Origin: Raillietiella orientalis | Lineage: Eukaryota | NCBI GenBank assembly: GCA_036172245.1 | Contig: JAYWIR010000018.1 | Span: 682,001 to 746,000 of the forward strand | Reading direction: 5' to 3' | DNA length: 64,000 nucleotides | Shown: one piece after another, positions 26,101 through 39,199 of the stretch | Layout: the number at the start of each line of letters is the position of its first letter | How positions within the stretch are numbered: position 1 is the stretch's first letter | Made by a program: the position numbers and the translations under genes | Notes under the pieces: model-generated | Databases searched by the model: none | Told to the model about the DNA's origin: nothing | Seen by the model: only the letters and a program-made list of their open reading frames with translations

Positions 26101-29100
26101 AAAAAAAACAAAAAAGGGCCGTAGGCATCGATGCCTGTGACATCACAAAGGATGTCGGAGGCGAGTAGTAGAGGGCGCAGGATCATGGTCTGGGAGGCCA
26201 CCTGGAAAAGGACAAGGGGAGAGGAGGCGGAAGGGATGGTGGCGCCCATCTTCTCCGGCAGGAACGCTCGCCCGTCCCTCCCCCCATCGACCCGAGGAAA
26301 GACCGGATCTGAAGGCACGCCGCGCGTGACTCCCCAAGCTTCGTTGGTACAACAAAGAGAGCAGAGTGAAAGAGCCACCGCAAGGGACGAGGCTTCCTCC
26401 TCCCTCCTGGCTCTGTCGAGCTCTTCAATCCACGCCTGGGAGCGGGCAGCCGCCTCTGGGACAAAGCGGCATTTCTCCCTTCATCTACAGCAGCCAGGAC
26501 CCCCCACTGCTGTGCAACTTGCCCGCCCCCGCCTCACCGTTCCCATCTCCAAAGAAACGAAGCCGCCCGAGGAAGGAATCCTCCCCGTCTCTGCCTTTCT
26601 TTCGAAGACGAGCCCAGGGAGCGAGTCGCGCGCGCCGACCGCCATGGAGGAGGGTGCGCCACCGGAAACTACCAGAAAGGGCTCTGGAGCGTCCCCCCCC
26701 CCCGCGCAGGACGGAAGTGGCACAGCACTCTTTCGCTACGCGCTGCTCGTGGTGCGCGGGAAGGAGAGTGCGGACACCTCGACCGGCATGCGCGCCTTCT
26801 GATGTGGCTGGCATGCTCCAAGGATGACTCGCACGGTGAAGCTTGAAAATTCTCTGCGATCTCGCAGGAGGGGGAGGGGGGGTCGTCGCGGCAACAGGCG
26901 AGCAAAAGCAAACGATGCCCTCACTTTTCCTTTGCCTTTTTCGAGGAAGGACCGCGTGGGGCGCACCGTGGCAACCCGCTGGGGGGGAAGCTCCAGCAGC
27001 ATGCAAACAAAAGGCCGGAGGCGACGACCCTTACGAACTGGCGCGTCTGAGCGGTGAGGTGGCGAGGACACGGAAGGGAGGGAGGAGGAGGGGGAGAGGG
27101 AGGGGGGAAGTGGTGAAAAAGTGTCGTCGCCGCGGGCGCTCTTTGCTCGGTTTCTCCCTTCAAGCACCGCCCGCCATCCTGGGGGCGACCCTTGTCACCT
27201 CCGTTTGCACATGCCGAGGTGCTGCGAGAAGGCCCAGGGGGTTAGTCCTGGGGGTCCACATGCAAGAGCGCTTCACTGACCTCGGGCTGAAGGCGCAAGT
27301 ACGCACAGGATGTGGACCACAGACTTCCACGACAATGAGAAACCGGAGGACAGGGTCGGAGTGAGATGAGATGCGCGCGACAACATAACGCGCGGTGGCT
27401 CGCCTTCCATCCCGAAGCGCGACCCCTCCTCTCCCTCGCCCAGGGCATACACGCAGCATTCCTTTAAGGGGACGAGTTGCGCACCATCTCCTTCCCCTTG
27501 CTCTTCTTTTCGCACCCTCTCCTATCCCCGGAAGGGTTGGCGCGCTCCCGCCGCTGGCAGCGCAAGCGCCCTCAAGAGCAGAAAACCAATACTTTGGAGG
27601 AGGGAGATCAGAAGGACGACGCCCTGGAGAAGCTCGGATCGGTCGTCCGGGAAACATCCCTGTGCGTTCTGAGGAGTCTTCTTTCTCATCCCCCCCCCAC
27701 ATGCACACCTTCGCACAGATGCACACCGGTGTCCTGCCGAAGCGACGCGACGCAGTCACAGCCCACAAGTCGCTGACGCGGCAATCCGCTCGCACGCGCG
27801 CGCGTGATGGAGAGGTGGCGGTGGTGCCAATCTGGCGCTCTTCCCCGGTCAGTTCCCGGGAAGAACCCGCTGACAGAAGCGGAAAGCTGGGCAGGATGCA
27901 GAGTGGGGCCTGAGTGGTCGGGGATGCGGGACTGGAAGAAAGCCCAGGAGGGAGGAGGGGTTCTTGGGTAGCTCGCGGCTCCCGCACCGCGGCAAGGTCG
28001 CGCAGCAGGGGATGCGGCAGCAGCCTGCGGGAGGCAGGAAGATTCCGGGAAGAGTCCCGCGTGCGCTCCCTTTCGAGTGGCGACGGCCCAGGCAGGCGTC
28101 AAAGATGGAAACCGGGAAATTAGGAGCACGCGGGATGCCCCAGCGGGCTCGCTCGTGCCCCACTCACCCGTTTTCCTGGGATTTGACAGCGACGTAGGAA
28201 GCCGGGAAGATGCCCTAGCAAAGAGGAAAAAAGATACATAAGCGCCTCCGGCAGCAGCGTCCTTACCTCGGAATTCTTCCTCTTGAGTGCGTACCCTCGA
28301 AACCAACCTAAGAGCAGAGAAAATGAAACGAACATTTTTGGAGCCGCACGCGCCATGCTGCCACCACGGTACGCGAGAGAAGAGGGAAATCAGAGCCCGC
28401 CGCACTGAACACTCGCAACATCCTTCCGAGTGTTCCTTCCTTTTTTCCTCCCTTTTTTTTTAAAAAAAAAAAGAAAAAAAAAGAAAAGGAAGGAAAACAC
28501 GTGACCAATGCTATCTAGTGGGAAATTTCTTTTGGTCGCAAAGAGGCAATCGTACTGCAGCACACACACGTCTCCAGATCTACGTTACCATGGCATTCCC
28601 CGAAGATGTGAACGGTTTCTCCGAGTTCCAAATCGAGCATGCAATCGGCAGTCTTCGTAAAATTGCTTATCACTGAAAGTACACCAAACAGTGAAAGGAA
28701 AAAAGATGAAAAAAAGAAGGAAAAAAAAAGGAAAAAAATGTACACCAAAAACATATGAGGGCTTTTTGTGAAAAGACGCGCGCGCCCGCGTGTCGTCAAC
28801 GAAAGAGCCGGAAGATCAATCAAGCCCACATGCAGGTCAGTATTCAACAAGAGGAAAAAGGAAAAGAAAAAAAAGATCCCTGGAGGAGAAAAGAAGAGGA
28901 TTGCGGAAGCAAAGGAAGGGCGAAAAATAGGAGGCCGACGTCCACGAGTCCCCCAGCACAGGCCACCCCGATCCGCCACGAAAAACGGCAGGAACCAAGG
29001 ACGCGAAGCACGCGCGAGAGACGAGACGGGTTCAAGGATGCTGCAGGGAGCACACACGTAGACGCATAAGGAGGAACGAAATGGCGGTGGAGACATCATC

Positions 29101-32100
29101 GCCGCTTTTCGCCCTGCGCTACTGAAGCTGGTTCTCGCCAGTGCGCTTCTTCCGTTCGCTTTTTGCCAACAAACCGGAAGAGCGGTTGGACAGAGGATCT
29201 CCCTCCTCTCATGTGCCACGGAGTCCTATCATTGCTTTTGAAACCTTAATACTGTTCTGACTCTGGGGAGCCTCTGGAGTTCTGACTCTGGGGAGGATCA
29301 CAAGATGCCGTTTCAGCTTGCCTCTCTCCCTTCCTCCCCGACTACCTTGGCGTCTCCTGAGAACGAAAGGTGGACGGACGCCTTAGCTTCGGCTCGACCA
29401 TCCCCATCATTCCGCTCCCGTTTCCCATCACCAAGAGAAATGGAGCCTGTTTTTCCGCCTTCTCAGATTACTCCAGTTGTGAGACTTTGCAAACTTCTTC
29501 CTACGGCCCTCGTGACGGCAACGTGAACCAATGCTCGTGCGACATGCCACGATCTTGTTCCGTAAAAGGGACGTTGGGTCGGAAACTACAAATTCCCAGG
29601 GACGAGCCTTGGTGAGGGTTCCGCCCCGCCTTCCCACTGCTTTCTCATGGCTTCCACGGAAAACTACAACGAAGAAGAGCGTCCGTGTGGTAGCTCTTGA
29701 TCGAAAACCCGAGGCAGCCACTACGTTAGAGAGTCAGTGCCAAGAACCACACAAGGGGATGCTCTCTCCAAGTTGAAACACAACCCTGCCTTCCTACAGC
29801 CTGAATTACCTCCTCCCCCATCTTCGTGATGATCCAGTATGGCGCTCCCCTGAGCTATCTCAACAAACGTTCAACTCAAATCCGTTTTGAGCTTTTCTCC
29901 CTTCTTGGGCAGTCGATCACCATTCAACAACTGCTTGAGAAGTCCGTTCTTCCGGTTGCCGTGCATCGTCCTCTCCTGCATTTCAAGACATCCTAGGTAC
30001 ATCCGCAAATAACAGCTGCGAAGTTCTCTTCCGGTTTCCTAAAGCAAAATATGGTCGCTCCAGATCCCCTAGCCGGTCTACCAATCGCGAAGGATGGTGC
30101 TCCAGCCAAACACTCAAACACAAACATGAAAATCCGGACTGGACAATAACGAGGTGCTCCACGCACATTCCTGACTGTCTCCATCGTCCTTGCCTTCCTC
30201 GGACTAACATTTTCGAAACTTCACTGCGCAGAAATTACGCTTCCTCCGTTCCGGACACTCAGACGGTGAGTGAACACAGTGTTGCTGGAAGGCAGACCAT
30301 AAAATTGCCTTGCCGCTGCACTCTTTCTCAGCTTGAGGAGATTTCCTGTGAACCGGAGAAGACGCGCTGGATGGAAAATTAGGACAGTAATTTGGAGCGA
30401 ATCAAAATGCAACTGTGTTCCTCCGTCAGAATTTTTTGAAACATTCAACAACGATGTCAGGAAAGCGGTTCAGCGCAGGATTATGGTGCCATTGCTCTTG
30501 AAGGTGATGATGAAGCTTGCTAACACACGAAACGCAGTCGGAACAAAGAAAATGAACTGGGAAACCATGAGCACATCCCACTTGTTTCTATCTATATCAA
30601 TCCATTCTGATCTCTACAGTATTTGCTGCAACTTCCTCAGCAACATGTCTGCAAGAACAAAACGATCCAGTGACAACGGTGCCAATGTTGCATGCTTCCC
30701 TGAATGGCGCAACAAGCCCCGAATACAACCGCACTTTACGATACAGCGATTGCAGGTTCCCAATACAAAACACCGAATTTCAAGGCCCAAAGTGTTCTTC
30801 ACGGGAGATTTTGAACTGTTCGCCTCCACCAGTAAATTTTACACGTGGCACACTACAGCATTCTCAACTCCAAAAGTGACCTACGGATTCGCAGGAGTTT
30901 TACAGGAAGATCGCTGATGCTCCAAAAACGAAACTAACGAACAGTGCCACCGATATGGTACACGGAAAAGTGTACATCAAAGTACTGAGCCCAAAACAGC
31001 CCACCGTTTACGTCCGAAGCAGCCACACACAACATGAAAGCAAAAAATGGAGACATAAGCAAGCCGTAATGCGTAGTAGACGTTCAAGCAAGCAGTGGAT
31101 GTGAAATCCACAGCGGAACAAGATAGGGAACGCAATAAGAGGTGATTTGAGGCAAAGAAAAAAAACAAGAATAAAAACTGAAAGCAAAGGCATACCAGAT
31201 TATCATGGAAGACTCGAGTAGCCTCTGTCCGGGTCGAAACCCGGAACAATACGAAACATTCGAAACTAAAAGCTATCAACAGGGAAGCAAACAAGACAAC
31301 CTACTGAGAGCTAGGCATGACCTGGAAGTATCAAGAAAGAAGTAATGGTGGATGGCCTCGCTGCTTCCACTACTAAGTAGAATTACTGAGAGAACATGCA
31401 GAGGAAAATAATGGAATGACCGCTATCCCTGAATGGGTCAATGGGTACGATTAGCAGATTTGCAGGTGCGCCCTCTCTGACAGCAATAAAGTAATGTATC
31501 ACATGACGTGGCTGAGCGCCGAGCACGGAAGGGAAGCAGGCCTGTATACAGGTCGTGAACTGTTAACGCCAAAATACAGGAGACCCTCATCCTTATGCCA
31601 ACTAGAAGCACATTGGACTAAGGCAATGTACTGAAACCAGCATGAAGCACGTGGGAGATTCGAGCACTGATATCTATGTACATGGATGGTTTACATCCAC
31701 CTAATGGGGAGACACTCAAAGAATAAACTTTCAAGAAAAAACATCCGGAGACTCAAGGCGGAATTCGGATCGATATTTCCGACATGGAAATAGGCAGGGA
31801 ACAAAGGCGGAGAAATACATTTGAAATCCTGTTTGGGAAAGCAAACGCGGAGGGCGATAAACCAGAAACCGCGCTCAGGATCCCACCGCAAGCACGGATG
31901 GGCAGAAGCGGGACGCTGAAGACTTCTTTGTGATGCATTTCCCCCTTCCTTCCTGACAAGAGAAGTGACCCTAAAACTCTCAGGCATGCGCCTCATTACT
32001 TCGCGATTTCATCATTCATCTTTCACCTCGCGGCATGCCACATGGAAAGATCTCCAAAAACGAGGAACAGGTTTCCTGCTGCCGGTCTTCCGCTCCTTGC

Positions 32101-34884
32101 ACAGGAACGCGTTTCCCTCCATGAACCACTCAAAGCTCGAAGTAGAACGACAGAAGTAGCTATTCCTGGGACACCTAAGCTTTCAGAGCTAAAACTCTTC
32201 AATGGTCATTAAAAAAGGTTCCTCATTTCATGGAAGTGGTTGCAATACCTATATACGAAGACGCACACGCGTGCGGCTCCGTATATACGCGTACTTCGTA
32301 CACATACTGTACACACGTTTGATCCTTCATACACAATGTGTGTAGAGAATCAAACAGTGTGCACAGTGTTTCGGAAGCTTCCTTACTGCCATGCCGGAAT
32401 AACTACACTATTTACTGGAATAAAGTACTATAATTTCATGATTGTGCAACTTCGGGGCAAAGTACGATGCACGCAAAGCACGTTGCCAACATCCACTGCA
32501 GTTTTTTAAAGAAAATTTTCAAATAAGCCTTCGTACTAACAACGGTTGTTGTTTTGCAGCTTGCTTTTCGTAAATCTGATAACGTTGCTGACTGTTATTC
32601 AAAATCTTTGGCAACGAAATAATTTTTCGCAAAAGTAATTAATTATTCTCCGGACATCCTTCCGTTTAATTTAGACAGATCTACTCCATCTATTACATTG
32701 GTGCATCGGTGGAATGCACTCGTTTATTTTCGGATTCACATTTTGCATTGCATGTACATTTACAAAACATTTTCCAATTTACATTGCCAAAACTTGTTCT
32801 GGTGCATCCTGGATAAAATGAACAATCTTTTCTGATGTAGTAATCTATGACTGAGAACAAAAGGCCTCTAATGACCGCAATAACCGGCTAGAAAGAAACG
32901 ATTTTCATTTTCTGCAAGTGTAATCCGAAAACGATGTTAACAAAAACAAAAAAACAATACACAGTGACACACATATTAATTTTAATAAAGCCGAAATATG
33001 TATCCATCTGCTGAACTATTTGATAGATTCCCCTCTGAATTAATTAACAAAGCTCCATCCATTTGTTCAATTTTGAATTATTTGAATCATTAAATGTAAT
33101 CCAAATCCATCACAGCCTTCAGAATACTGACTGTGAGCCTTACTTTAATGCTTTTATGAATCTATCAGTGTTCTCATGGCTGCAAATGACTTATATGTGT
33201 GAATGGATGTTTGATAAAACAAATATTCATAGTATTATTTTTTTTCCAAATCCAATTTATTAAAAGTAACAGGAACACTGTACATGTTTGTTTGGATGGG
33301 TGATCCCAATGATCACACATTAAATTTTATGACATCAAAATATGTGAGAATTAATGCAAAACTCAAATTTGGTTGATTCTCATACTTGCTCCCACTTATA
33401 TGACACACACACACACACACACATAAATGCTAGCAGTTCCACTATGAAAGCAGTGCAGATTGTTACACATTGGAAAACATGTAAACAACATCCTGAATGC
33501 ATCTTTTCATTATGCACTTTAGCAAATAACGAACAACAAAAAAAACATCCGAAGACTACATTTAATGTGAATTATCTGATGGAAAATTCAACTTCATAAT
33601 GATTCCAAATTATAGCTTCGCCTAAATTAGCCTGAAAAACTAGATTCATGTTAACAATTTTGAGGCTTACACAACTCAAAACCTTCGAACTTTTTGTGAG
33701 AAAACTTTGCAATTCAAAATCCATTTGTAAAGATGGATGTTATAATACCAACAGCTGAAAAACAAATATTCACATTCTTCTCCACACAAACATAGCAGCA
33801 AACTAATAACATACTGAAAAGGACTACACTTTCATCACACCATTTAACAACTTTCAGAACAGCCACACTTGTGTTAAGAGCAACAACAATCCAGGAAGCC
33901 AAATGAGCTGCTGATCTGTAACAAAAATGCTGGAATAAAAGGGAGGAGAATGCGATCTTTTAGAAACCATTCTATTTCACATGCTGAACAAATGAAAATA
34001 CAACAAAACTTATCCTGAACAAATAGAAATGTAACATCACATATCTTCATTTTATTTTTTCACTGATTGCATGAAATCGCCTCAAGTAACTGGTTCAAAT
34101 GTATCATCACAGACCACATGGAGACATGGGCAAAATACATCAAGGAAACACCATAAAAACCTTACAGCTCACAATGCCATTTCTACTTTGAATTTGCATA
34201 GTAAATCTTAGCAATACATGCAATAAACAGAGTATGTATTTCAACATTGCTTGCTTCAAAAATTGACCAATAAATTCAGCCATCAGCCAATATCCTGCCA
34301 TCCATGTTCCTCTCTCTTTCACCAAAGTCCAAACAAGGCATAATTAACCACAGGCATAATTACTCCCAAGTGATGTAAACAGGATTATGGGAGGAGGAGG
34401 GGGAACTAGATAGGAAATGAAAAAAAAATTTCCTCTTTCAAACTCACATATTTACATCTCGGCACCTATATTACGATTGTGTACTACGTGTTGGAAACGT
34501 TTTCCGGATAAATATTTCGTTGGTCATGGTTGCGAACTTTAACTAAATCCAATAATAGTCCTAATCCTGATAATCAGTGAAGGCACGAAGGATGATACAG
34601 GAAGCAACTAATTCCATACATTCGTCTTGTTCCACATATGAGCAAAGCAAACCAACTTGCAGTTATTATCATAAACCCGAAGTTTACAGAATACGATGTG
34701 CAGATAGGAGGGGGGGGGGGGACAAGAAGAAAAGAAAAGAAGAAAAAAAAAAAATCTGGATTTCGGTGGGAAATTTACATCTCCCCGATCATGCAAGCCG
34801 CCGCATGCCATCGTTTCGACGGACCGAGTAAGGAAAAACGGATTTACCAACTCCATAAGTTTTCGGCTTAACAGATGTCCACAT
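14117..34884 (-). CDS. DOCK3: Dedicator of cytokinesis DOCK-B family Rac GEF (DOCK3/DOCK4/sponge-like): SH3, DHR1, armadillo region, DHR2, Pro-rich tail; about 30 exons
   Basis: Exon 1 34884-34848 MWTSVKPKTYGV. SH3 exons 28672-28589, 28307-28267 (WFRG) and 28214-28168 (GIFPASY). Then EISSVLKEW, WRRQLITGTFTQDQ..KIDWGNR, RRPYGCG, DHR1 RSDLYITLEKGEFEKGGKS and YHNNSPKWVET, KFLQDILDALF, YVRYIYKLHDLH, PEPEYFRVAFWGKGFP, and DHR2 GIIDANVNGG. Last exon 14287-14117 ends PPPIPPRK..NS*. All mapped introns are GT-AG with consistent phase. The symbol stands for the DOCK3/4 co-ortholog. Confidence 0.95.
20200..21400 (+). mobile_element. Decayed non-LTR reverse transcriptase fragment in a DOCK intron (antisense to host)
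   Basis: Ordered eroded motifs: KPWFFLPFEDAAAQ..EMWQ (FIDxxKAFD..LW-like), SEGVLQCAVG (GVPQG-like), LLFGEED (LLFADD-like), GCAKT. Lies within intron 20037-21517. Confidence 0.4.
22800..23900 (+). mobile_element. Decayed non-LTR reverse transcriptase fragment in a DOCK intron (antisense to host)
   Basis: Ordered eroded motifs: SPGVNG (SPGPDG-like), GD...TRPFL (YRPISL-like), SLSFGRLPGDLL (SKAFDRV-like), CVPLSTLLL (GCPLSPLLF-like), RDD. Confidence 0.35.
25900..26600 (+). mobile_element. Possible Tc1/mariner transposase relic
   Basis: SRGRRIMVWEA (GGxVMVWG-like) followed at plausible spacing by SLVQQ (FQQDNA-like). No terminal inverted repeats found. Confidence 0.2.
29254..29295. repeat. 17-nt direct repeat GTTCTGACTCTGGGGAG x2 (29254-29270, 29279-29295)
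   Basis: Seen directly. Confidence 0.85.
29700..31000 (-). mobile_element. Decayed RTE-like non-LTR reverse transcriptase in DOCK intron 1
   Basis: VRGAPRYCPVRIFMFVFECL (RGVRQGCPLSPLLF-like) then SQLLFADV (LLFADD-like), with upstream FYGLP and CN..CGCI..ATLAP segments in RT order. The relic may extend to about 32100. Confidence 0.4.
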
Positions 34885-34992
34885 ACTACTAGTCACATTT
34901 TTGCTCTTCGCCGGGCACCTCAACACCACACACGCCGCAAAAGTGTTTTCCGACTGAGGCCCCTCCTGCAGCTCTCCCATTCAGGCAACCTC

Positions 34993-35010
34993 GGGCGGGC
35001 GCCAATCAGA
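34993..35010. promoter_or_regulatory. GC-box plus CCAAT-like motif about 110 nt upstream of the DOCK ATG
   Basis: GGGCGGGCGCCAATCAGA seen directly in a CpG-rich patch. Function is inferred from position only. Confidence 0.25.
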
Positions 35011-36299
35011 GCGTCCAGGCTGATAAACACGTTGCGCCTCGGACCAGAAACCCTCGGGATTTAAACACAGACTACTCGAAAGGCTGTTTAATTATTTTAC
35101 GACATCCTGTTCAAAGCCTGTCGAAGATGTCTGCAGGGTGGGTACTTCATCGAGGCGAGCCGCGGCTCCTTCTTCCAGGTTCGGCTCCCGTATTGGCTTT
35201 TTTGTCCAGCCGACGCTCCCCATCCTTTCTGAGTGTACGAGTGCACATCCTGGGCCGAGAAACACCGAGACACTTTGTTTTGAAGTCAGGTGCACAACTT
35301 TGCAAATGAGAAATTCCAAACAGAAATGTGAGGATCCTCGAAACGAGAGGCTTGAATTTTTTTGTGTACGCAGCCCGATGTGTGGCTCATTATGTTAGTC
35401 CCCCCCCCTCCTCCTCCCCTAAAAAGGATCCCCATCAGCAGAGGGAGGAACGTGGGCTCCCGTATATCGATGCAGGGGATGACACCGAAAACACGACTGT
35501 CGAATGAAACCGATTTCCGTGCGCAGTGTTCGTGTTTGAGCCTTCCTCCTCCCGGAATCCAGCAACAGGGGTCCCTCCGTAAAGCAATGGTTGTTCTCCA
35601 CAAAACAAATCCAGAAGTTCATCAAGTCCATCACATGCACCAAACCTGCGGTATCATTCATGTGCAGGAATGTCACGAAACAGGGAAGCACTACTACACG
35701 TTTTTTTTTCCCCAAGTTCTCGAGATCACTTTTCATGTTAAGATTTTTCTTTTCTTTTCACGTTTCCATCGGCCTAAGTGAATGATGCAAATACAAAATA
35801 CAACTTGTTTTCTCTCCCCCTCTTTTTTTTTTTATTTTTTTTCTTAAAAAAAAAAAAAACTCATTTTTGAACTTCATCCTTGTGCACTCGTTTTGCATAT
35901 TCACACATCCCTGCTTAGAGGGTTTTTTTTTTTTTTTTTGCTTCTTCTGCGACCTAAAATATTCTGTTCCCATACACAAATGTTATGAATTACAGTTTGC
36001 TTTCCTTACACATTTCTTAAATATACGTGTGAAGGTTTCATAGATGGCTGTGTTTGAGGAGAATTTGAGAACTCAAACAGAAATTTACGCGTGATTTTTT
36101 TTTTTTATTAGAATAGCCATCACTAGTTTCAAAATCACGAATAATAACACGGACCGTGAAAATAGTAATTACACAGTCGAACATAATAAACTTGAAGAAA
36201 AATCTTCATGGCAATGGATTGCATGTCATTCCACACACGTCGAAAAAAACACATCCACGGACACATCAGCGGGCCGTTTAACCTACTAAGGATGATTTA

Positions 36300-36670
36300 G
36301 TAGAATGCTAAATCATTCTTAGTGCATTCGCAAATTGAGCCAGGGAAATGTCCGCCTTGAATGAAGAAAATTCCAAAGCCTCGATGGCATAACGAATCTC
36401 AAAGAAAGTTCATCATCCGGGAGATGTTCCGTAAAAGGTAGATAGAATTTCCATAGGTCTCTGCGGACTACTTGGAATTACGCAGTTTCTCGTCCTTCCG
36501 GGAAGAATCGGCAAACACAATTTGCTGGAGTTGGAAAAGGCTCCTTGTTTGATAGTGACCCAGACTTCAGGGAGCGCAGAAATGAATGAAAGACATAAAT
36601 TGCTTAATGAAACCTTTTGGATCTCCACACGTATGGAAGTAATGAATTGAGTTTTGAGATTCATCATCTA
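36300..36670 (-). mobile_element. Possible hAT transposase C-terminal dimerisation-domain relic
   Basis: EVWVTIKQGAFSNSSKLCLPILPG resembles W...FPxLSKLAxxxLxIP. Single motif, weak. Confidence 0.2.
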
Positions 36671-37399
36671 TGAGATTATTTTCGATCGTACGGAAAAAAT
36701 TCGCCGCTTCAGAAAGCAAAATTGTGTGTGTGGTTTTTTTCTTTCCTTTCCGATATGAATTCGAGTAAAGTTTCGTCAGTGTCCACTTCTTTGTTTGTTT
36801 TCTTTTCCTCCTCCGTGGTTCATGTTTCCTCCTCCTTCCCTCTTTTTTTTTTTTTCAAGGACAACGCTAAAACTTGTCGGAATTGGGCAGAAACTTGCTA
36901 AAATTTTATGAAAAAAAAAAAAAAATTCCTGTGCTAGGAGTTACGTGGAACTGGAAATCTGATACATTTAATTGATCACATGGTCCTTTCTCAAATGTTT
37001 TGTATTGCATTACATCACATTCGACCATGAAGTCTAGCAAAGCAAAATTGAATTGGCATAAACTGAAAGCGACGCAAAAACGAAATCGAATATAACAGCT
37101 GCTCTCAAAAAAAAAAAAAAAAAAAAAAGGAAGTAATGAAGTCAAAAAAGTCATCATTCCTGAGCAAGTGAAACGAATATTCCATTTCACAGACAAACTG
37201 GAAATTCTGGGAATGGATAAACTGTTCCAAATGGAATCGCCAGTTCCACCGTCGCATTTCTTCTATTCGTGAAAAGGGTTGCTCAGTGATGAAGAACCAA
37301 AAATCGTGCCTTTGCTTGAGAATACGACTGAAGTCCCTGACCGCTGCATATCAAATATTCGTGCAATGTGGCTGCTGGTGACCTCTGTCAAGAACTGAC

Positions 37400-38150
37400 T
37401 ACGGGAAGAGTTTACGACCTCTGCTCTAAGTTTTGATTTGAAAAACGGCTACATGTATGGTCCGAGCGATCCAGAAGAATTAAGCAACCTCCATTCAGTC
37501 GCTCTGTCGTTTGCACGTGGACATTCCGATAATGGATGCAGGTGCACTTATGGATGCACTACATTGCAAGCCGATTCTAATGAAGCCCTGGGCCTCGGGG
37601 CCTCGCTTCTGCTTTGTTCTCTTCGCACTTTCTTCCAAAACGGATAGTTGTTATCGAGTAGTGATTTAGTAGCTACTGAACTGTTGAATCTATTCACAGC
37701 TATCCATCCATAACCCGAAAACCTTCGCATGACTTGCAGCCAGATAGTGTGTATGCAAGTGCACACGGTGAAGAAATGAACTGTTTCCGTATCCACCAAC
37801 GCGGGCAAATCAGATCGAAGCCTGCAGCAGCTGTGTATCCTAGACACGCATCTGGAAGAAGCGTACGGTTTTTCGAAGAACTCCTGGTTTTCGTTCCAAT
37901 TTTTGGCCTTCCAACTCACGGCACGAACATGGCATGATGAACCGAAAACCCGAATATTCATGGCAACGGTAAGTCGGCGTTTTCGTCCGTCTCTGATATG
38001 TGAAGCCAGAGGAAGTGGTGTGATGTAATGATCTTTCGCGGTAGAGTTACGAGCAAGTGCTCTTCTTCCCTTTCGTCAGCGTGTTTATATTTCGCGATCC
38101 ATTTCCTATGAGTTGCGTGATGGCTGCAAATGCCCACGTCTAAGGAGATA
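37400..38150 (-). mobile_element. Decayed Tc1/mariner transposase relic
   Basis: In Tc1 order: RAVSWKAKNW (RxxWAxxHxxW-like), QVMRRFSGYG (VMVWGxFSxxG-like), RATEWRLLNS (EWPxxSPDL-like). Catalytic residues eroded. Confidence 0.3.
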
Positions 38151-39199
38151 GCACCAAAGCGTTCCACTGCAAGAAGCAGGTTGGTCGTCAACACAAGTGC
38201 GCGTCCTCTGCCGTCCCATCCACCCCCCCCCCCGACCCCCCTCGCTCCCCCCCTCATTTCGGAGGACGAGTTCGCACTGCGGCGGCAGCGCGCTCCTTTC
38301 GCATCGTTGACTAATGCAGTTCCGCGGCGCGTTCCCTAGCCAACCTGCTCCCCCTCCCTCTTACCCCCCGTGCGCCCTTTCTGCCTCCAGGATTGCCAAT
38401 CGTCGTGCCTGTCTCGCAAAATTTTCATGTTCATTAGCAGATGGTGCTGCGCGTGCTTCTCCGTCGCTTTCCCTCACCCGAGAGGAATCCCCGGACCATC
38501 ACAAATCGCATTGCGCTTGCAGCTCGAGCGGCTCATCCTCTCCAAAGGATTTCCAGTCGTCCTCCACAACCCTCTCTTTCCCTTCTCCCTGAGCGCCTGC
38601 ATACGGAGCAGTGCGAGTGCGAGATGGTGAGCGGGGGAGGGAGGGAGGGAGAGGACTCGCACACTTGCGTTGGCTTCACAGCCACCGCTTCACAGTTAAA
38701 ACGCGCTGTTAGCGCGTCTGCCGGCGCGAAGAGGTGATGGTGACCCGAGCGGTCGCCATCACCTCTTGGCAACGGGTCGTGTGCTGAGGCTCCTGCGGCC
38801 TGGAGAGACGTCGCGTGCACGTGTCTCATCAGTCCCACAGGAAGGAGGTCCGCAGTCGGCACAACCGCCGTGCGACCTCGCCCCTGAGGGAGCACCTCCG
38901 GTGGCCCTTTTCGGTGTCTGGTCTGGAGGTAGAGGGGATGGGATCGGTCCTCCGTAGGGGGCTTTTGCCACCTTGGGCCGGAGACGCGCACAGCGAGGTC
39001 GACGGCGGCCATGCTGCCCGGATGAAGTCAGTCCCTCTCTTACAAAATGGGTTTCTTTCCCCCCACTCCTCCCCGACAGAATTCTCTCCCATCCTAAGCA
39101 TCCGGAGTAGAAGAGGGCCTTCCAGAGGACCGCCTCCAAACTAGAGTCCTCCTGAACGCTATCCAGGGAAGTCTTACTGAAACAACTGAAGCACATTTT

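Noticed and set aside
33700..34400. Hydrophobic short ORFs suggesting a nested membrane-protein gene in DOCK intron 1
   Set aside because: No consistent exon chain or recognisable family; AT-rich sequence readily gives hydrophobic translations.
38594..38632. Possible + strand micro-exon (RLHTEQCECEM|GTGAGC) as an upstream ACK exon
   Set aside because: Splicing to the acceptor near 41351 meets an in-frame TGA before the ACK ATG; no other support.
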